From: Candidatus Zixiibacteriota bacterium
Lineage (GTDB): Bacteria; RBG-13-66-14; B26-G2; WVWN01
Length of the DNA: 29,329 nucleotides
Assembly (NCBI GenBank): GCA_050117845.1
Contig: JASFLY010000035.1
Coordinates: forward strand, 1 to 29,329
Direction: 5' to 3'
In this document: one piece after another, positions 18,503 to 26,981 of the stretch
How the letters are laid out: each line of letters begins with the position of its first letter
How positions within the stretch are numbered: position 1 is the stretch's first letter
The notes under the pieces: model-generated
The model's database searches: none
Told to the model about the DNA's origin: nothing
The model's input: only the letters and a program-made list of their open reading frames with translations
Program-made: the position numbers and the translations under genes

Positions 18503-18528
18503 ATCCGCTCCGGTGGAATGATTTGCTC

Positions 18529-18602
18529 TGCGCCCGAGAGGATTCGAACCTCCGGCCCATGGTTTAGGAAACCATTGCTCTATCCAGCTGAGCTACGGGC
18601 GC
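18529..18602 (-). tRNA. tRNA-Arg(CCT)
   Basis: GCGCCCG TA GCTC AGCTGGATA GAGC A ATGGT TTCCTAA ACCAT GGGCC GGAGG TTCGAAT CCTCT CGGGCGC A. No encoded CCA. Confidence 0.96.
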
Positions 18603-18622
18603 ATCCGCCTGTACAGTATTAA

Positions 18623-18651
18623 CTTATAACATATTGCACACCGGCTTGCAA
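18623..18651 (-). promoter_or_regulatory. Sigma70-type promoter for tRNA-Arg
   Basis: TTGCAA-N17-TATAAG, with an extended TG before the -10. Confidence 0.55.
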
Positions 18652-18666
18652 TATTATCGGACGGCG

Positions 18667-19191
18667 TTAGGTGTAGTGTATTATCGAAAATACTTCGTAG
18701 TCGCGGAGTTTGTCCCGGCCGCCGAGAAAATCCAGCTCCACGAGGAACGCAAACGCTTCCACCTTCGCCCCGCAAGCCTCCACCAGCTTCGCCGTCGCGA
18801 GCGCGGTGCCGCCGGTCGCGAGCAGGTCGTCGCAGACCAGGACCCGGTCGCCGGGCCCGAACGCGTCGGTGTGAACCTCTACCGCGTCGGTCCCGTATTC
18901 GAGCTCGTACTCTTCCCGCCGCGTGTCCGCGGGCAGTTTGCCCGGCTTCCGAATCGGGACGAATCCCGCGCCCATCAGGTACGATACCGGGGCGCCCAGT
19001 ATAAAGCCCCGCGCTTCCACCGAGGCCACGTAGTCTATCCCGCGGTCCTTGTACCGCTCCGTCAGAGCTTCCACGGCCAGCCGTAACGCCTCCGGGTCCT
19101 TTAGGAGGGTGGTTATGTCCTTGAAGATTATGCCCTCTTTGGGCCAATCGGGCACGTCGCGAATGCTGTCCTTGAGCCGTTCTTCGATCAC
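18667..19191 (-). CDS. apt: Adenine phosphoribosyltransferase
   Basis: [38 protein letters not shown] and DDLLATGGT motifs. Confidence 0.98.
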   Translation of the reverse strand: MIEERLKDSIRDVPDWPKEGIIFKDITTLLKDPEALRLAVEALTERYKDRGIDYVASVEARGFILGAPVSYLMGAGFVPIRKPGKLPADTRREEYELEYGTDAVEVHTDAFGPGDRVLVCDDLLATGGTALATAKLVEACGAKVEAFAFLVELDFLGGRDKLRDYEVFSIIHYT

Positions 19192-19219
19192 CGGGCACTC
19201 CTTTCGACCTTTACGTTTT

Positions 19220-20200
19220 TTATAAACCGTTCTCGAAGAGATTTCGGTCCAATCCTCCCTCGGCGTTCGCCATCTGGCGGAGCTTGTTAAGCGCCTCTTT
19301 CTCTATCTGACGTACCCGCTCCCGCGTGATGCCGAGTTGTTCGCCGGTGCTCTTAAGCGTCAACTGCTCCTGGCCCTCCAGGCCGAAACGCATCCGCAGA
19401 ACTTCCTGCTCCCGGTCGCTTAAACGTTTCATGAGCTCGGCCAGGCGGCCGTAGCGCACAAGCAAGTACGCCGCGGTATACGGCGTGGACGCCTTGTCGT
19501 CCTCTACCTTCTCGAGGAGAGAGCGTTGCTCATCTCCCGGGAGTTCGGCGTCCAGTTTGTACGTGCGGCGGGAGGACAACAGGATGCGTTCGACCTGTTC
19601 CGTCGAGATCCCCATCGCCGTCGCCACCTCCGAGGGCGCCGGTTCCCGGGCGAGGTCGTGGGCGAGCTCCCCCATCGTCCGGAAGTATTTCTTGGTAAGG
19701 TCGACGACGTGCACCGGCACCCGGACCGTCCGGCCCTGGTTTATCAGGGCCCGGTTGATGGTCTGCCGTATCCACCACGTGGCGTACGTGCTGAAGCGGC
19801 ACCCCTTGAGGTAGGAGAATTTCTCGACCGCTCGAATGAGGCCCAGGTTCCCCTCTTCTATCAAATCGAGGAAGGCCATCCCCCGGCCGATGAACTGCTT
19901 GGCGACGTTCACGACCAGCCGGAGGTTCGAGACGATCATCTTGCCCCGGGCTTCCGCGTCGCCCTGTTCTATTCTGCGGGCGAGCGCTATTTCCTCTTCC
20001 TTGTTGAGCGTCGGGATTTTGGATATGTCGACCAGATAGGCCCGTACGAGGTTGGCCTCGTACTCCTTCTCGGACTCCAGCTCGTCGATAACCTCCGAGA
20101 TTTCCTCGGGGCCTAACGCCTCGTCTTCCCCTTCGTCTCCGTCCTTATCCTTCGGCGGTTTTTCCTTCGGTTCCTTTTCCGATTTCTTTTTAGGTCCCAC
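19220..20200 (-). CDS. Sigma70-family RNA polymerase sigma factor, group 2 / RpoS-like
   Basis: Region 1.2 (AYL.DI...PTL..EEE), [34 protein letters not shown] and TRERVRQIE. No region 1.1. Confidence 0.9.
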   Translation of the reverse strand: MGPKKKSEKEPKEKPPKDKDGDEGEDEALGPEEISEVIDELESEKEYEANLVRAYLVDISKIPTLNKEEEIALARRIEQGDAEARGKMIVSNLRLVVNVAKQFIGRGMAFLDLIEEGNLGLIRAVEKFSYLKGCRFSTYATWWIRQTINRALINQGRTVRVPVHVVDLTKKYFRTMGELAHDLAREPAPSEVATAMGISTEQVERILLSSRRTYKLDAELPGDEQRSLLEKVEDDKASTPYTAAYLLVRYGRLAELMKRLSDREQEVLRMRFGLEGQEQLTLKSTGEQLGITRERVRQIEKEALNKLRQMANAEGGLDRNLFENGL

Positions 20201-20208
20201 GGGACTCC

Positions 20209-22026
20209 TTAACGCCTGCTTATAACCACACGCGCGGCCGCGGCGTGCGACTTGTCGGATAATTTAATAATATATACGCCCGGCGGCAGCGGATTCCCGG
20301 CGCGGTCGGCGAGGTCCCACGCAATAGAGCCCGGACCTTCCTTCGCGATGTCGAAGCTCCTTAACTTCCGGCCCACGGTATCGTAGATGTCGAGCTTCGC
20401 GCCGGCCGCCGTTATGGCGTAATTTATCGTCGTACTCGAAAACGCCGGGTTCGGCGCCGGGTTCCCGAGGGCGAAGGCCGCCGGCTTGGCGCCGTCGAGC
20501 GAGACGTCCGCCGAGGCCACGACTTCTCCCCGGCCCGCCGTCACGGCCTCGAGTTCGTACTCGTAGCGTCCGCCCGGCGCCGCGTCGTCGTCGCGGTAAT
20601 GCATCGGCGGTACGCCGGCGATAAGGCCGGAATTCACCCTTTCCCGGGCGGGGCTCCCATCGTCATAACGATATAAGTTGAACCCCTCCACCGGCAGCGT
20701 CCGTTCGTAGTCCCAGTTCAACGCGACGCCTTCCCCCGCCGGTTCGCCCGTAAAGCTCCGTATATACACCGGTACGCAATCCGGCCTTGCGCGCAACGTC
20801 GGGTCTCCGATCAGCGTCATGCCGTAGTGCCATTCGCGGCCGTTCTCGCCGCCCCGGTCCGCCCATCTCGCGAACCAAAACCGGAAGGCTTCTCCCAATG
20901 GTTCGGTTCCCAGCCAGGCGTAGAAGTCTTCGAAGTGCAACATCGAACCGCTTTTGGTCGACCCGACCGCGGCGAGGCCGTAGTCGTTATCCATGAAGGT
21001 ATACCACCCAGCCATGTAGTTAGTCGACGTGAAGCGGGCGTTGGAACAGGCGAAGAGGTTGTAGAACAGCGCGACCGGCTTGATGTCGTACACCTCGGTC
21101 ATATAGGTATTCCCGACGGAGGTGTCCGGACGGTGGAACTGGTGGAGCAACGGGTTGGAGTGGACGCATACCTGGATAAACTCGTAATCGTCGACGAGGC
21201 GGCTCTCGTAATCCGTATGCCAGGTCGTATACGGTTCGTATACCAACTCCGTATCGGGGTAAGCCAGGCGCATATTGCGGCCCCACTCCGGCCCGTTGTA
21301 AGACCAATCGTCGTCGACGTAGCAGAGCGCTTTGTCGCGGCAGCGAAGCGTACCGGCCCGATAGGCCGCGTTTTTCGCGAAGTAATGGTTAACGAGTTCG
21401 GCCTCCGACGCGCCGCTGTACGTCAACGGCCCGGCCGTCAGGCGGCCGAAACGTATGTCCGCCTCCACCTCTCCCGTGTGTTCTTCGTAAACGCCGTCGT
21501 TGTAGCCTTCGTCCTTCCACGTACCGTCGAGGTCCATGTAGAACAGGTCGCAGGGGAACGGCGCGCCTTCGCTCCACCCGCCCGGGATCTCGAACATCGC
21601 GACCGGAAGGTCCCCGATAAAAATGACCGTGAAGGGGTCGCCGGCTTCGGCGTATCGGCTTTTCAGGTAGTCACGCAGGTCCGCCGGCCGGCCCCCCAGC
21701 GTAACGTACACGTTGACGGTGTACCCTTCCGATTCGATTCCCGGCACGAAATGGGCCAAAAACGTGTCTTCGATTTCCGGATACAAATCCTCGTTGACGA
21801 CGACACAGCATACGTCGCCGTCGGTGGCGGGCAACCGGACGGGCCTTATCGTGAACGGCCGGTCGCTTTCCCACGTCGCGAGTATTTCGGCGGGAGTATC
21901 CAGACGCGCGCCGCCGCCCTCGACCCACCGTGTGACCGTGACCTCGTCGAATTCCTCCATCGTCGCGTGGGCGGCGCCTGCGAAAACCAGCGCCACGGCC
22001 AGAAACGGTACGGCTCTCTTTAGCAT
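20209..22026 (-). CDS. Secreted C25 (gingipain)-like cysteine peptidase with FlgD/T9SS-like C-terminal domain, paralog A
   Basis: Signal peptide, [21 protein letters not shown], putative His (VHS) and Cys (FACS) dyad, LIGDPTL. C-terminal PNP...IYD..GR...W...D..G..L..GVY. Confidence 0.7.
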   Translation of the reverse strand: MLKRAVPFLAVALVFAGAAHATMEEFDEVTVTRWVEGGGARLDTPAEILATWESDRPFTIRPVRLPATDGDVCCVVVNEDLYPEIEDTFLAHFVPGIESEGYTVNVYVTLGGRPADLRDYLKSRYAEAGDPFTVIFIGDLPVAMFEIPGGWSEGAPFPCDLFYMDLDGTWKDEGYNDGVYEEHTGEVEADIRFGRLTAGPLTYSGASEAELVNHYFAKNAAYRAGTLRCRDKALCYVDDDWSYNGPEWGRNMRLAYPDTELVYEPYTTWHTDYESRLVDDYEFIQVCVHSNPLLHQFHRPDTSVGNTYMTEVYDIKPVALFYNLFACSNARFTSTNYMAGWYTFMDNDYGLAAVGSTKSGSMLHFEDFYAWLGTEPLGEAFRFWFARWADRGGENGREWHYGMTLIGDPTLRARPDCVPVYIRSFTGEPAGEGVALNWDYERTLPVEGFNLYRYDDGSPARERVNSGLIAGVPPMHYRDDDAAPGGRYEYELEAVTAGRGEVVASADVSLDGAKPAAFALGNPAPNPAFSSTTINYAITAAGAKLDIYDTVGRKLRSFDIAKEGPGSIAWDLADRAGNPLPPGVYIIKLSDKSHAAAARVVISRR

Positions 22027-22109
22027 GGCATCCCCCGAACGTTGATAGCCTGACGTCGAAGCGAGTTTTTATTCCCCGGGAGTTTCGCGTCCTTTCCCTT
22101 GCGGCCCAC
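22020..22109 (-). pseudogene. Duplicated relic of the sigma-gene 5' end; 29-aa mini-ORF
   Basis: Same AAGGAGTCCCGTGGG SD/start as at 20196-20210. Reads [29 protein letters not shown]; 7 of the first 14 residues match the sigma N-terminus. Confidence 0.55.
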
Positions 22110-22117
22110 GGGACTCC

Positions 22118-23935
22118 TTAACGCCTGCTTATAACCACGCGCGCGGCCGCGGCGTGCGACTTGTCGGCGAGTTTAATAATATATACGCCCGGCGGCAGCG
22201 GATTCCCGGCGCGGTCGGCGAGGTCCCACGCGATGGAACCCGGACCTTCCTTCGCGATGTCGAAGCTCCTCAGTTTCCGTCCGGTAGTGTCGTAGATATC
22301 GAGCTTCGCGCCCGGCGACGTTACGGCGTAATTGATCGTCGTACTCGAGGCCGCCGGGTTCGGCGCCGGGCTCGCGAGGGCGAAGGCCGCCGGTTTCGCG
22401 CCGTCGAGCGATACGTCGGCCGAGGCCACCACCTCATGCCGGCCGGCAGTCACGGCCTCGAGTTCGTACTCGTAGCGCCGGCCCGCCGCCACGTCGTCGT
22501 CGCGATAATGCATCGGCGGAACGCCAGCGATAAGGCCGGAGTTGACCCGCTCCCGGGCGGGGCTCCCCTCGTCGTAGCGATATAAGTTGAAACCCTCCAC
22601 CGGCAGCGTCCGTTCGTAGTCCCAGTTCAGCGCGACGGCCTCCCCCGCCGGTGTGGCGGTGAAACCCCGCACGTATACCGGGACGTAGCCGGACCGGATG
22701 CACAGCGTCGGGTCGCCTATGAGCGTCATGCCGTAATGCCACTCGCGGCCGTTCTGGCCGCTGGCGTCTCCCCACTTCGCGAACCAATATCGGAACGCTT
22801 CTCCCAGCGGTTCGTTTTCGCTGAGCGGCTCGTAGAAATCCGTGAAGTACAGCATCGAGCCGGTTTTGGTGGAACCGACCGCGGCCAGGCCGTAATCGTT
22901 GTCCATGAACGTGTACCACCCGGCCATGTAATTCGAATACGTGAACAGGGCGTTGGAACAGGCGAAGAGGTTGTAGAATAGCGCCACCGGTTTGATGTCG
23001 TACACCTCGTCCATGAAAGTGTACCCTCTGGCGCTCGGCCGGTGGAACTGGTGCATCACCGGGTTGGAGTGCACGCAGACCTGGATGAGTTCGTAGTCGT
23101 GGACGAGCCGGGCCTCGTAATCCGTATCCCAGGTAGTATAGGGGTCGAACTCGACCACCGTGTCGGGATACGCCAGACGGACGCTGCTCCCCCAGCCCGG
23201 GCCGTAGGCTTCCCAGTCGTCGTCGACGTAACAGAGGGCCTTGTCGCGGCAGCGGAGAGTGCCGGCGCGGTAGGCGGCGACCTTGGTGAAGTAATGGTTC
23301 AAAAGGCCGGCCTCGGTCGCGCCCCTGAAGTCGAGCGGCCCGGCCGTCAGGCGGCCGAAGCGGATGTCGGCTTTCACCTCTCCCTCGTGGACGTCGTAGC
23401 AGTCGGCGTTATACCCGTCGTCCCGCCACGTGCCGTCGAGGTCCATATAAAACAGGTCGCATGGGAAGGGCGAACTGCCGTGCTCTCCGCCCGGGATCTC
23501 GAACATCGCGACCGGAAGGTCGCCGATGAGTATCACCGTGAAGGGGTCGCCCGCCTCGCCGTACCGGGCGATGAGGAAATCGCGCAGGTCCGCCGGTTCG
23601 CCTCCCGACGACTGGTACACGTTTACGGTATAACCCTCGGCCTCGATCCCCGGGACGAAGGACCCGTTGAGGCCCGTCGCTATATCCGGGTATAAGGTTT
23701 CATTTACTACGATGCAACACGTATTGGCGTCGACGACGGGGGGCCGGGCCGGCGTTATCTCAAAAGGTCGTTCGGACTCCCAGGTCGCCCGTATCTCGGC
23801 GGGGGTTTGCATCCGGACGCCGTCGTACTCCACCCATCGCGTTACCGGGACCTCGTCATACTCCTCCATCGCCGCGTGCGTCACGGCCGCGCATATTAGT
23901 ACCAAATTTACGAACGTTACGGCTCTCCTCAACAT
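22118..23935 (-). CDS. Secreted C25 (gingipain)-like cysteine peptidase with FlgD/T9SS-like C-terminal domain, paralog B
   Basis: Same length (605 aa) and motifs as paralog A; tandem copy offset by 1909 bp. Confidence 0.7.
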   Translation of the reverse strand: MLRRAVTFVNLVLICAAVTHAAMEEYDEVPVTRWVEYDGVRMQTPAEIRATWESERPFEITPARPPVVDANTCCIVVNETLYPDIATGLNGSFVPGIEAEGYTVNVYQSSGGEPADLRDFLIARYGEAGDPFTVILIGDLPVAMFEIPGGEHGSSPFPCDLFYMDLDGTWRDDGYNADCYDVHEGEVKADIRFGRLTAGPLDFRGATEAGLLNHYFTKVAAYRAGTLRCRDKALCYVDDDWEAYGPGWGSSVRLAYPDTVVEFDPYTTWDTDYEARLVHDYELIQVCVHSNPVMHQFHRPSARGYTFMDEVYDIKPVALFYNLFACSNALFTYSNYMAGWYTFMDNDYGLAAVGSTKTGSMLYFTDFYEPLSENEPLGEAFRYWFAKWGDASGQNGREWHYGMTLIGDPTLCIRSGYVPVYVRGFTATPAGEAVALNWDYERTLPVEGFNLYRYDEGSPARERVNSGLIAGVPPMHYRDDDVAAGRRYEYELEAVTAGRHEVVASADVSLDGAKPAAFALASPAPNPAASSTTINYAVTSPGAKLDIYDTTGRKLRSFDIAKEGPGSIAWDLADRAGNPLPPGVYIIKLADKSHAAAARVVISRR

Positions 23936-23950
23936 AGCTCTCCCTTTCCG

Positions 23951-24232
23951 TTAAAAACGTACCTCAAAGGACGTGAATTCGCCTCGCGGGCTCTCCTCGA
24001 CGACCTTTATGCGGCTGACCCGGCCGTAGGGCGGGCCCTGCTTCAGCGTCTCGGCGAAGCGCTCCACTTCGGCCCTGGGCCCCTCGATCACCGCCTCCAC
24101 GGAACCGTCGCCGAGGTTGCGGACGTAACCGCGCACGTCGTACGCGGCGGCCTCGCGCACGGCCCAATATCGAAACCCGACTCCCTGGACGGCGCCGTAT
24201 AATAACAACCTGCGTCTGACAGTTTCCGGCAT
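23951..24232 (-). CDS. acyP: Acylphosphatase
   Basis: G.VQGVGFR, GYVRNL.DGSVE and GPP...V motifs. Confidence 0.96.
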   Translation of the reverse strand: MPETVRRRLLLYGAVQGVGFRYWAVREAAAYDVRGYVRNLGDGSVEAVIEGPRAEVERFAETLKQGPPYGRVSRIKVVEESPRGEFTSFEVRF

Positions 24233-24250
24233 GACGGCGGGACCTCGGCC

Positions 24251-24703
24251 TCACTCTATCAGGGACGCCAATATCTCGACGGCGCTGCGGGCGTCGGCCG
24301 CCGGCGTGACGCCCTCCACGCCCGGCCACGTGTTGACGCCCACGACGGGTTTGCCGAGCTTCAATGCCAGCGCAATCTCGGACAGCGTACCGTAGCGCCC
24401 CCCTATCGCGATTACGCCCCGGCCCGCCGCCACGACGACGGCGTTCCGGGCGTGGCCCAGCCCCGTGGGAATGACGACCTGAACGTATTCGTTGGCGTTG
24501 GAAGGTTCGTACGTGGGGAGGATGCCGATAGTCAGGCCCCCGGCTTCGGCGGCGCCGCGCGTCGCCGCTTCCATGACGCCGCCCATGCCGCCGGTTACGA
24601 CGGCCCACCCTCGGCCCGCGGCGAGGGCGCCGACCTCGTACGCGGTTTTCGTACGGCCCGGCCCGGCGGCCGCGTCGCCGATTACGCTGATTTGTGTGGG
24701 CAT
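24251..24703 (-). CDS. TIGR00725 family protein (LOG/SLOG-type Rossmann fold)
   Basis: ISVIG, VTGGMGGVMEA, TIGILP, TGLGHARN and GG.YGTLSEIALA motifs. Start at MPTQ. Confidence 0.88.
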   Translation of the reverse strand: MPTQISVIGDAAAGPGRTKTAYEVGALAAGRGWAVVTGGMGGVMEAATRGAAEAGGLTIGILPTYEPSNANEYVQVVIPTGLGHARNAVVVAAGRGVIAIGGRYGTLSEIALALKLGKPVVGVNTWPGVEGVTPAADARSAVEILASLIE

Positions 24704-24747
24704 ACCAACACGCCGAAGCGCGGTCCGGGGGACCGCGCCGGGGAATT

Positions 24748-24821
24748 TGGGGGCGAGAGGATTTGAACCTCCGACCACCTGCCCCCCATACAGGTGCGCT
24801 ACCGGACTGCGCTACGCCCCC
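24748..24821 (-). tRNA. tRNA-Pro(GGG) with atypical G1:C72 pair
   Basis: GGGGGCG TA GCGC AGTCCGGTA GCGC A CCTGT ATGGGGG GCAGG TGGTC GGAGG TTCAAAT CCTCT CGCCCCC A. No encoded CCA. Confidence 0.93.
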
Positions 24822-24832
24822 GTAGCAGCGTA

Positions 24833-24861
24833 ATAATATAAAAAAACCGGAGTTGGGGCAA
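24833..24861 (-). promoter_or_regulatory. Sigma70-type promoter for tRNA-Pro(GGG)
   Basis: TTGCCC-N17-TATTAT, ending 11 nt upstream of tRNA position 1. Confidence 0.65.
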
Positions 24862-24880
24862 GCTAAATTTTCGGTAGTTA

Positions 24881-25032
24881 GCGGCGCGGACATTCCTGTC
24901 TGCGAAAGAAATAGAAGTCAGGAGTGCCACGGACATTCCTGTCTGTGTAAGAAATAGAAGTCGGGAGTGCCACGGACATTCCTGTCTGTGTACGAAATAG
25001 CAATACATCACCGGCAAGAATGCCGGTGGCAC
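24881..25032. repeat. REP/BIME-like cluster: three direct 43-bp units plus one inverted REP
   Basis: GTGC-CACGGACA-TTCC-TGTCTGTG at 24924 and 24967, a variant at 24881, and an inverted GTGC-CACCGGCA-TTCT-TGCCGGTG at 25009-25032. Confidence 0.85.
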
Positions 25033-25035
25033 GCC

Positions 25036-25536
25036 CTATATGGAGGCGAGGAAAAACGACACGACCCAATACCCGACGATGCAAACGACGGCGAGCACTA
25101 TCAACACCGCCGCAATGAGGCCGATAAGCAAAATGGTACTCCAACCTTCCCGGCGCGACGACGCGTCCCGGACCTGCGTCGTTCCGGCCTCGGCCAGCGA
25201 GGCGTAAGCTTCGGCCTTCGACTCCGCCAGGCCGCTTGCCGCGAGCGTTTCCTTTAAGGCGGCCAGGAATTTATCTATATTCCCCTGGTTTTTACCCCAG
25301 TCGGTGAGGGCGGTGGGGAGTTTCGTCTCGCTGGCGATTTTTATCGCGCCGGCCTCCGTAAGGTCTACGGTAAACACCTCGCCGAAGGAGTTCAACGACA
25401 TGCCGATATCCGACTCGAATAAGGCCGGCTCTTTTTCCTGGCACCCCCACAGCTTCTCGAGCGTGGCTTTTACGGCCGCGGTTATCTCGTCCTGCGTGAA
25501 GCCGTGTTCGATGGTCGCTTCTTTTCGTATGGCCAT
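25036..25536 (-). CDS. Hypothetical protein with a C-terminal membrane anchor
   Basis: SD GGGGGA. Small alpha/beta domain with S..SFGE and DWGKNQGNIDKF, followed by a long hydrophobic C-terminus. Confidence 0.75.
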   Translation of the reverse strand: MAIRKEATIEHGFTQDEITAAVKATLEKLWGCQEKEPALFESDIGMSLNSFGEVFTVDLTEAGAIKIASETKLPTALTDWGKNQGNIDKFLAALKETLAASGLAESKAEAYASLAEAGTTQVRDASSRREGWSTILLIGLIAAVLIVLAVVCIVGYWVVSFFLASI

Positions 25537-25562
25537 GGCGATCTTCCCCCACGAAGGCAAAG

Positions 25563-25587
25563 AAAAAGGGACCCCCCGAGGGGTCCC
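25563..25587 (-). terminator. Intrinsic terminator after tRNA-Pro(CGG)
   Basis: GGGACCCC-TCGG-GGGGTCCC-TTTTT on the - strand. Confidence 0.85.
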
Positions 25588-25598
25588 AATTTTATTAT

Positions 25599-25672
<74 letters not shown>

Positions 25673-25706
25673 TAAAAATGTCGCCGTCGAAACCGACGGC
25701 GGCGGT

Positions 25707-25735
25707 ATTATACCCAAAATAAGCGGCCGAAGCAA
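25707..25735 (-). promoter_or_regulatory. Sigma70-type promoter for tRNA-Pro(CGG)
   Basis: TTGCTT-N17-TATAAT followed by a GC-rich discriminator. Confidence 0.75.
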
Positions 25736-25753
25736 GTATCAAATTCCGTTCGG

Positions 25754-26122
25754 TTATCCGCGTTCCCGCCGTTTCAAACCGTCTTTTAATAGTTCCCGCA
25801 ATTCCTCGAGGTCTTCGCGGAGCTCGGCCACGACGTCGACGTTGCCGGCGTGGCGTTCCGGTTTCTTTCGCGCCTCGGATATCTTCTTCCGGGCCCCGGC
25901 GATGGTATAACCCTCGTCGTACAGCAGTTTCTTAATCGCGATAACAAGCAGGATGTCGCTCTTGCGGTAGGCCCGGCGGCCGTTGGAGCGCTTCTCCGGC
26001 CTGAGCGTCGGGAACTCGGACTCCCAGTAGCGGAGGATGTGGCTCTTGAGGCCCGTGAGCGAAGAGACCTCGCCTATGGAGTAGAATATCTTATGAGGGT
26101 CGTCCAGCGTCGCCAGTTGCAT
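25754..26122 (-). CDS. MerR-family HTH regulator (the type usually linked to ihfA and tRNA-Pro)
   Basis: K.FYSIGEVS, HILRYWESEFP.L.P, GRR.Y and I..LLYDEGYTIAGA motifs. Confidence 0.92.
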   Translation of the reverse strand: MQLATLDDPHKIFYSIGEVSSLTGLKSHILRYWESEFPTLRPEKRSNGRRAYRKSDILLVIAIKKLLYDEGYTIAGARKKISEARKKPERHAGNVDVVAELREDLEELRELLKDGLKRRERG

Positions 26123-26126
26123 AGGA

Positions 26127-26981
26127 TTACCCCCCCATATCCGGCTCGAGTTCCAGCGAGAAATCGAGCGCCGGCGCGGAGTGCGTCAATGCCCCTATGG
26201 ATATACGGTTAGCCCCGCTGCGCGCGTACGCCGAAACGTTGGAGAGCTTGACGCCCCCCGAAATCTCGACGGCCGCCCGGTCGCCGACGGCGATGCAGGC
26301 TACCCGGGCCGTGTCCGCGTCGAAGTTGTCCAGCATCACGACGTCGGCCCCGGCGGCCGCCGCTTCGTCGGCCTCCTCCAGCGTCTCGGCCTCGGCGAAT
26401 ACGGGCACGTGGGGCCGGCGGTTCTCCTTGGCGCGCCGTACCGCCTCGCCTATTCCCCCGCATAACCGCTTGTGGTTATCCTTTATCATTATGCCGTCGT
26501 AGAGGCCCAGGCGGTGGTTCTCGCCGCCGCCGGCTTTGACGGCCGCTTTCTCGAGGGCCCTAAGGCCGGGAGTCGTCTTCCGGGTATCGAGTATGGCTAC
26601 GGTGACGCTGTCGGCCCGATTGACGAAGGTCGCCGTCAACGTCGCGATGCCCGAGAGCCGCTGGATGAAGTTGAGCGCGACTCGCTCGCCCGCGAGGATA
26701 GGCCCCGCCGGCCCCTGCAGGCGGGCGACCGCCCGGCCGGCCGTGAACCTCCGGCCGTCCTCCACCACGGTCTTGAATACGACCCGGCGGTCGAGCGTCC
26801 GGAATACCTTCCGCGCGACCTCGATGCCGAACAGCATGCCGTCCTCTTTCGCGATAATGGCGCCCCGCGCCGGAACGTTCCCTATGGCGAGCAACCGCGT
26901 CGTAACGTCGCCCGTCCCCAGGTCTTCCTCCAAAGCGCGGCCTACGATATCGTCCAAATCCACTGCCGTTAGTGGGGTCAT
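26127..26981 (-). CDS. nadC: Quinolinate phosphoribosyltransferase
   Basis: ALEEDLG.GDVTT, ER.ALNF.QRLSGIAT.T, DTRKTTPGLR, HR.GLYD..MIKDNH, MLDN and SIGALTHSA motifs. Confidence 0.97.
   Translation of the reverse strand: MTPLTAVDLDDIVGRALEEDLGTGDVTTRLLAIGNVPARGAIIAKEDGMLFGIEVARKVFRTLDRRVVFKTVVEDGRRFTAGRAVARLQGPAGPILAGERVALNFIQRLSGIATLTATFVNRADSVTVAILDTRKTTPGLRALEKAAVKAGGGENHRLGLYDGIMIKDNHKRLCGGIGEAVRRAKENRRPHVPVFAEAETLEEADEAAAAGADVVMLDNFDADTARVACIAVGDRAAVEISGGVKLSNVSAYARSGANRISIGALTHSAPALDFSLELEPDMGG

Noticed and set aside
20827..22023. 398-aa plus-strand ORF and the many other alternative-frame Arg/Pro/Gly-rich ORFs
   Set aside because: They overlap well-supported genes and have typical high-GC off-frame composition.
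24718..24738. Terminator after tRNA-Pro(GGG)
   Set aside because: A 9-bp GC hairpin is present but has no U tract; more likely a processing or stability element.
24704..24778. N-terminal extension of the TIGR00725 ORF
   Set aside because: It is translated tRNA-Pro sequence; family similarity begins at MPTQISVIG.
24881..25032. CRISPR array
   Set aside because: The intervening 19-nt segments are near-identical rather than unique spacers, one copy is inverted, and no cas genes are present.
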